A DNA stretch of 64,000 bases, taken from assembly GCA_965235115.1 (NCBI GenBank), contig OZ249437.1:30008001-30072000 (forward strand), written 5' to 3'. This DNA comes from Laetmonice hystrix. Taxonomy: Eukaryota. The position numbers and the translations under genes were made by a program. Under the pieces are notes generated by a model. It saw nothing but the letters and a program-made list of their open reading frames with translations. It was not told where the DNA came from and made no database searches. This document shows positions 62,520 to 64,000 of this stretch, piece after piece; the stretch's first letter is position 1, and each line of letters opens with the position of its first letter.

Positions 62520-63050
62520 GGTACCCTGTTGAGTCGAGATGACAGGGACCACATTGGGGAGCTCCGACCAACGGTCGGTGAGGGATGTAGTTGCGTGACA
62601 CCAGGCATGCTGGGAGTGGGATGAGGTAGCTGTAGTGTAGAGACCCTGATGTCGAACAAGTCGGGAGAGCACACGGCACGGACAGGGGCCATTCAGAGAA
62701 TACCAGCTGGGTTGGAAAGGGAGAAGTGTCCACAGCTGAACCCATTCCACATTGGTTTTTTTTCACGGTATGAATTCCCTACCGATATTTCTTATTGACA
62801 AAAGTGGGAACAGAATTTCTGTCAAATTGCAGTCTTAAGTTTAATTTCAGTTCATTTTAATACTCGTATTTTTAAATAGAACTGGCCATACGAGAGTCTT
62901 ATAACTAAATGCTAAACGTAAAAGAAACAGTATTTGATGGAGCCGCAGCCACCTCTACTTTCGTCCACTCCGGGTGTCGCCCATAAGCCGTGATTTTGGC
63001 ACCGTTATGAAACCCATGAATTGGGACACCGTCGCCTTCCTCGCTTGGAA
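62520..63050 (-). mobile_element. 3' portion of a CR1/L2-like LINE relic
   Basis: SYKTLVWPVL (about 62905-62877, cf. LYKSLVRPxL), followed by DRWSELPNVVPVIS (about 62580-62540, cf. WNxLPxxVV). Confidence 0.35.
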
Positions 63051-63346
63051 TGGATCCATAAGGCATTTCACGGAGAACTGATGCCCTTTGTGTGATAGAT
63101 AGGCAGCGACCATGGCCTCATCTTACTGAGCTTTCCCAATCGTTGCCATGTAAAACTGGTCTCTTTTGCATGATTGGCTGGTCGACCTGTGCATCCTGCT
63201 CGTGCCGCCGGTAATCGGAGCCGGCGAGAGAACAGGCTTGGTGATCTCGTTCTGACATTCTAATGGATCGAGATAATAGCTCCTAGAATTTCACGTTCGG
63301 CATCGGCGAGCCGACCGCCTGCCAACAAAACTGAGGTTCTTCTCAC

Positions 63347-63375
63347 CTTAAAGTGCGCGCAGCCGAGGCTGACAT
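63347..63375 (-). CDS. Candidate first coding exon (MSASAARTL...)
   Basis: AAAATGTCAGCCTCGGCTGCGCGCACTTTAAG|GTGAGA has A at -3, a strong donor and a CpG-rich context. A plus-strand donor CAG|GTAATA at 63451 is an alternative reading of this island. Confidence 0.25.
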
Positions 63376-64000
63376 TTTACGGTGCGAGGGGCGCATCTAA
63401 AGCTTCACGTTAGGGGGGAGGGGGGGGGGGGGGGGGGGGTCCGGCCTCAGGTAATAATTGAATGGAACTATTTTTCGCACAAGGTTGAAATCTGTCCGTG
63501 GCATGTTGAAAGTTCAAAACAAAACATGTGCCTGATAAAAGATGGATTGACTGCGATGCTGGCACTGTTGTTTGGGACTTCACCTGGCTTGTTTTGCCAC
63601 ATGTTTGATTTATTTGTTGCCGTCAATTATTGTTCAGGGTTTGTTAATGTAAAAGGCTTCCCTGCCACGCAACCGTGCTGTCTTCCACCCATAGAAAATG
63701 AGTGCAGTTTGCCCACTGCATTGACTCCGTAAAATAAAATATGCATGAAATCTAGGCTGCTTTATGAATGAATTGCCTTCCGTGCAGGTTCATCGTCCAA
63801 TGGCATTTTATAGTGCAATTAATCGAACATGGTGACACTTAAGCGAGTGATCCCTCGGTTTAATCGGTCATTTGCTGCGAGGCAGGTATTGAAAGTGTGG
63901 GTTGTTTAGCATGGCTGGCTTGGTCTGAGGCATTGTTATTGGATGCCTAGTGGAGTCGCGCCATGCCAGCAACCAACAATGATCCAGTTGTGAGCGGAGG

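Noticed and set aside
61896-62766. The two longest ORFs in the track (284 and 268 aa) and a 235-aa ORF in the third frame
   Set aside because: All three minus frames are open across a 40-bp (non-triplet) repeat, which is read-through of a stop-free unit rather than a gene.

Overview
This is animal (eukaryotic) genomic DNA, not prokaryotic: there are no operons, no long intact non-repetitive ORFs, no rRNA or tRNA genes and no CRISPR array. The host is probably a bilaterian, possibly a mollusc or other lophotrochozoan. That is an inference from a tRNA-derived SINE with a V-SINE-like core and from CTCF-like motifs. Most of the window is old transposon debris. It holds two heavily decayed I-clade-like LINEs (about 0.9-4.7 kb and 11.5-13.5 kb), several smaller LINE and Penelope-like relics, two MITE-like elements, one SINE, at least eight unrelated minisatellite arrays (38-83 bp units), CTG and TTC microsatellites, and many G/C homopolymers. 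The longest ORFs in the supplied track are mostly read-through of tandem repeats. No gene could be named with confidence. The best coding candidate is a GC3-biased, splice-site-bounded minus-strand exon at 22546-23048. A promoter-like region with a candidate first exon lies at about 50.9-51.35 kb, and weaker candidate exons lie at 55.8-56.5 kb and 63.35 kb. I found no convincing novel multi-gene system. The leads most worth checking are the SINE whose B-box segment is amplified sevenfold, two pre-miRNA-sized hairpins, the unassigned exons, an HMG-box/TFAM-like motif and several motif clusters (CTCF, RFX, bZIP/bHLH). All alignments, translations and counts were done by eye, and no database was searched.
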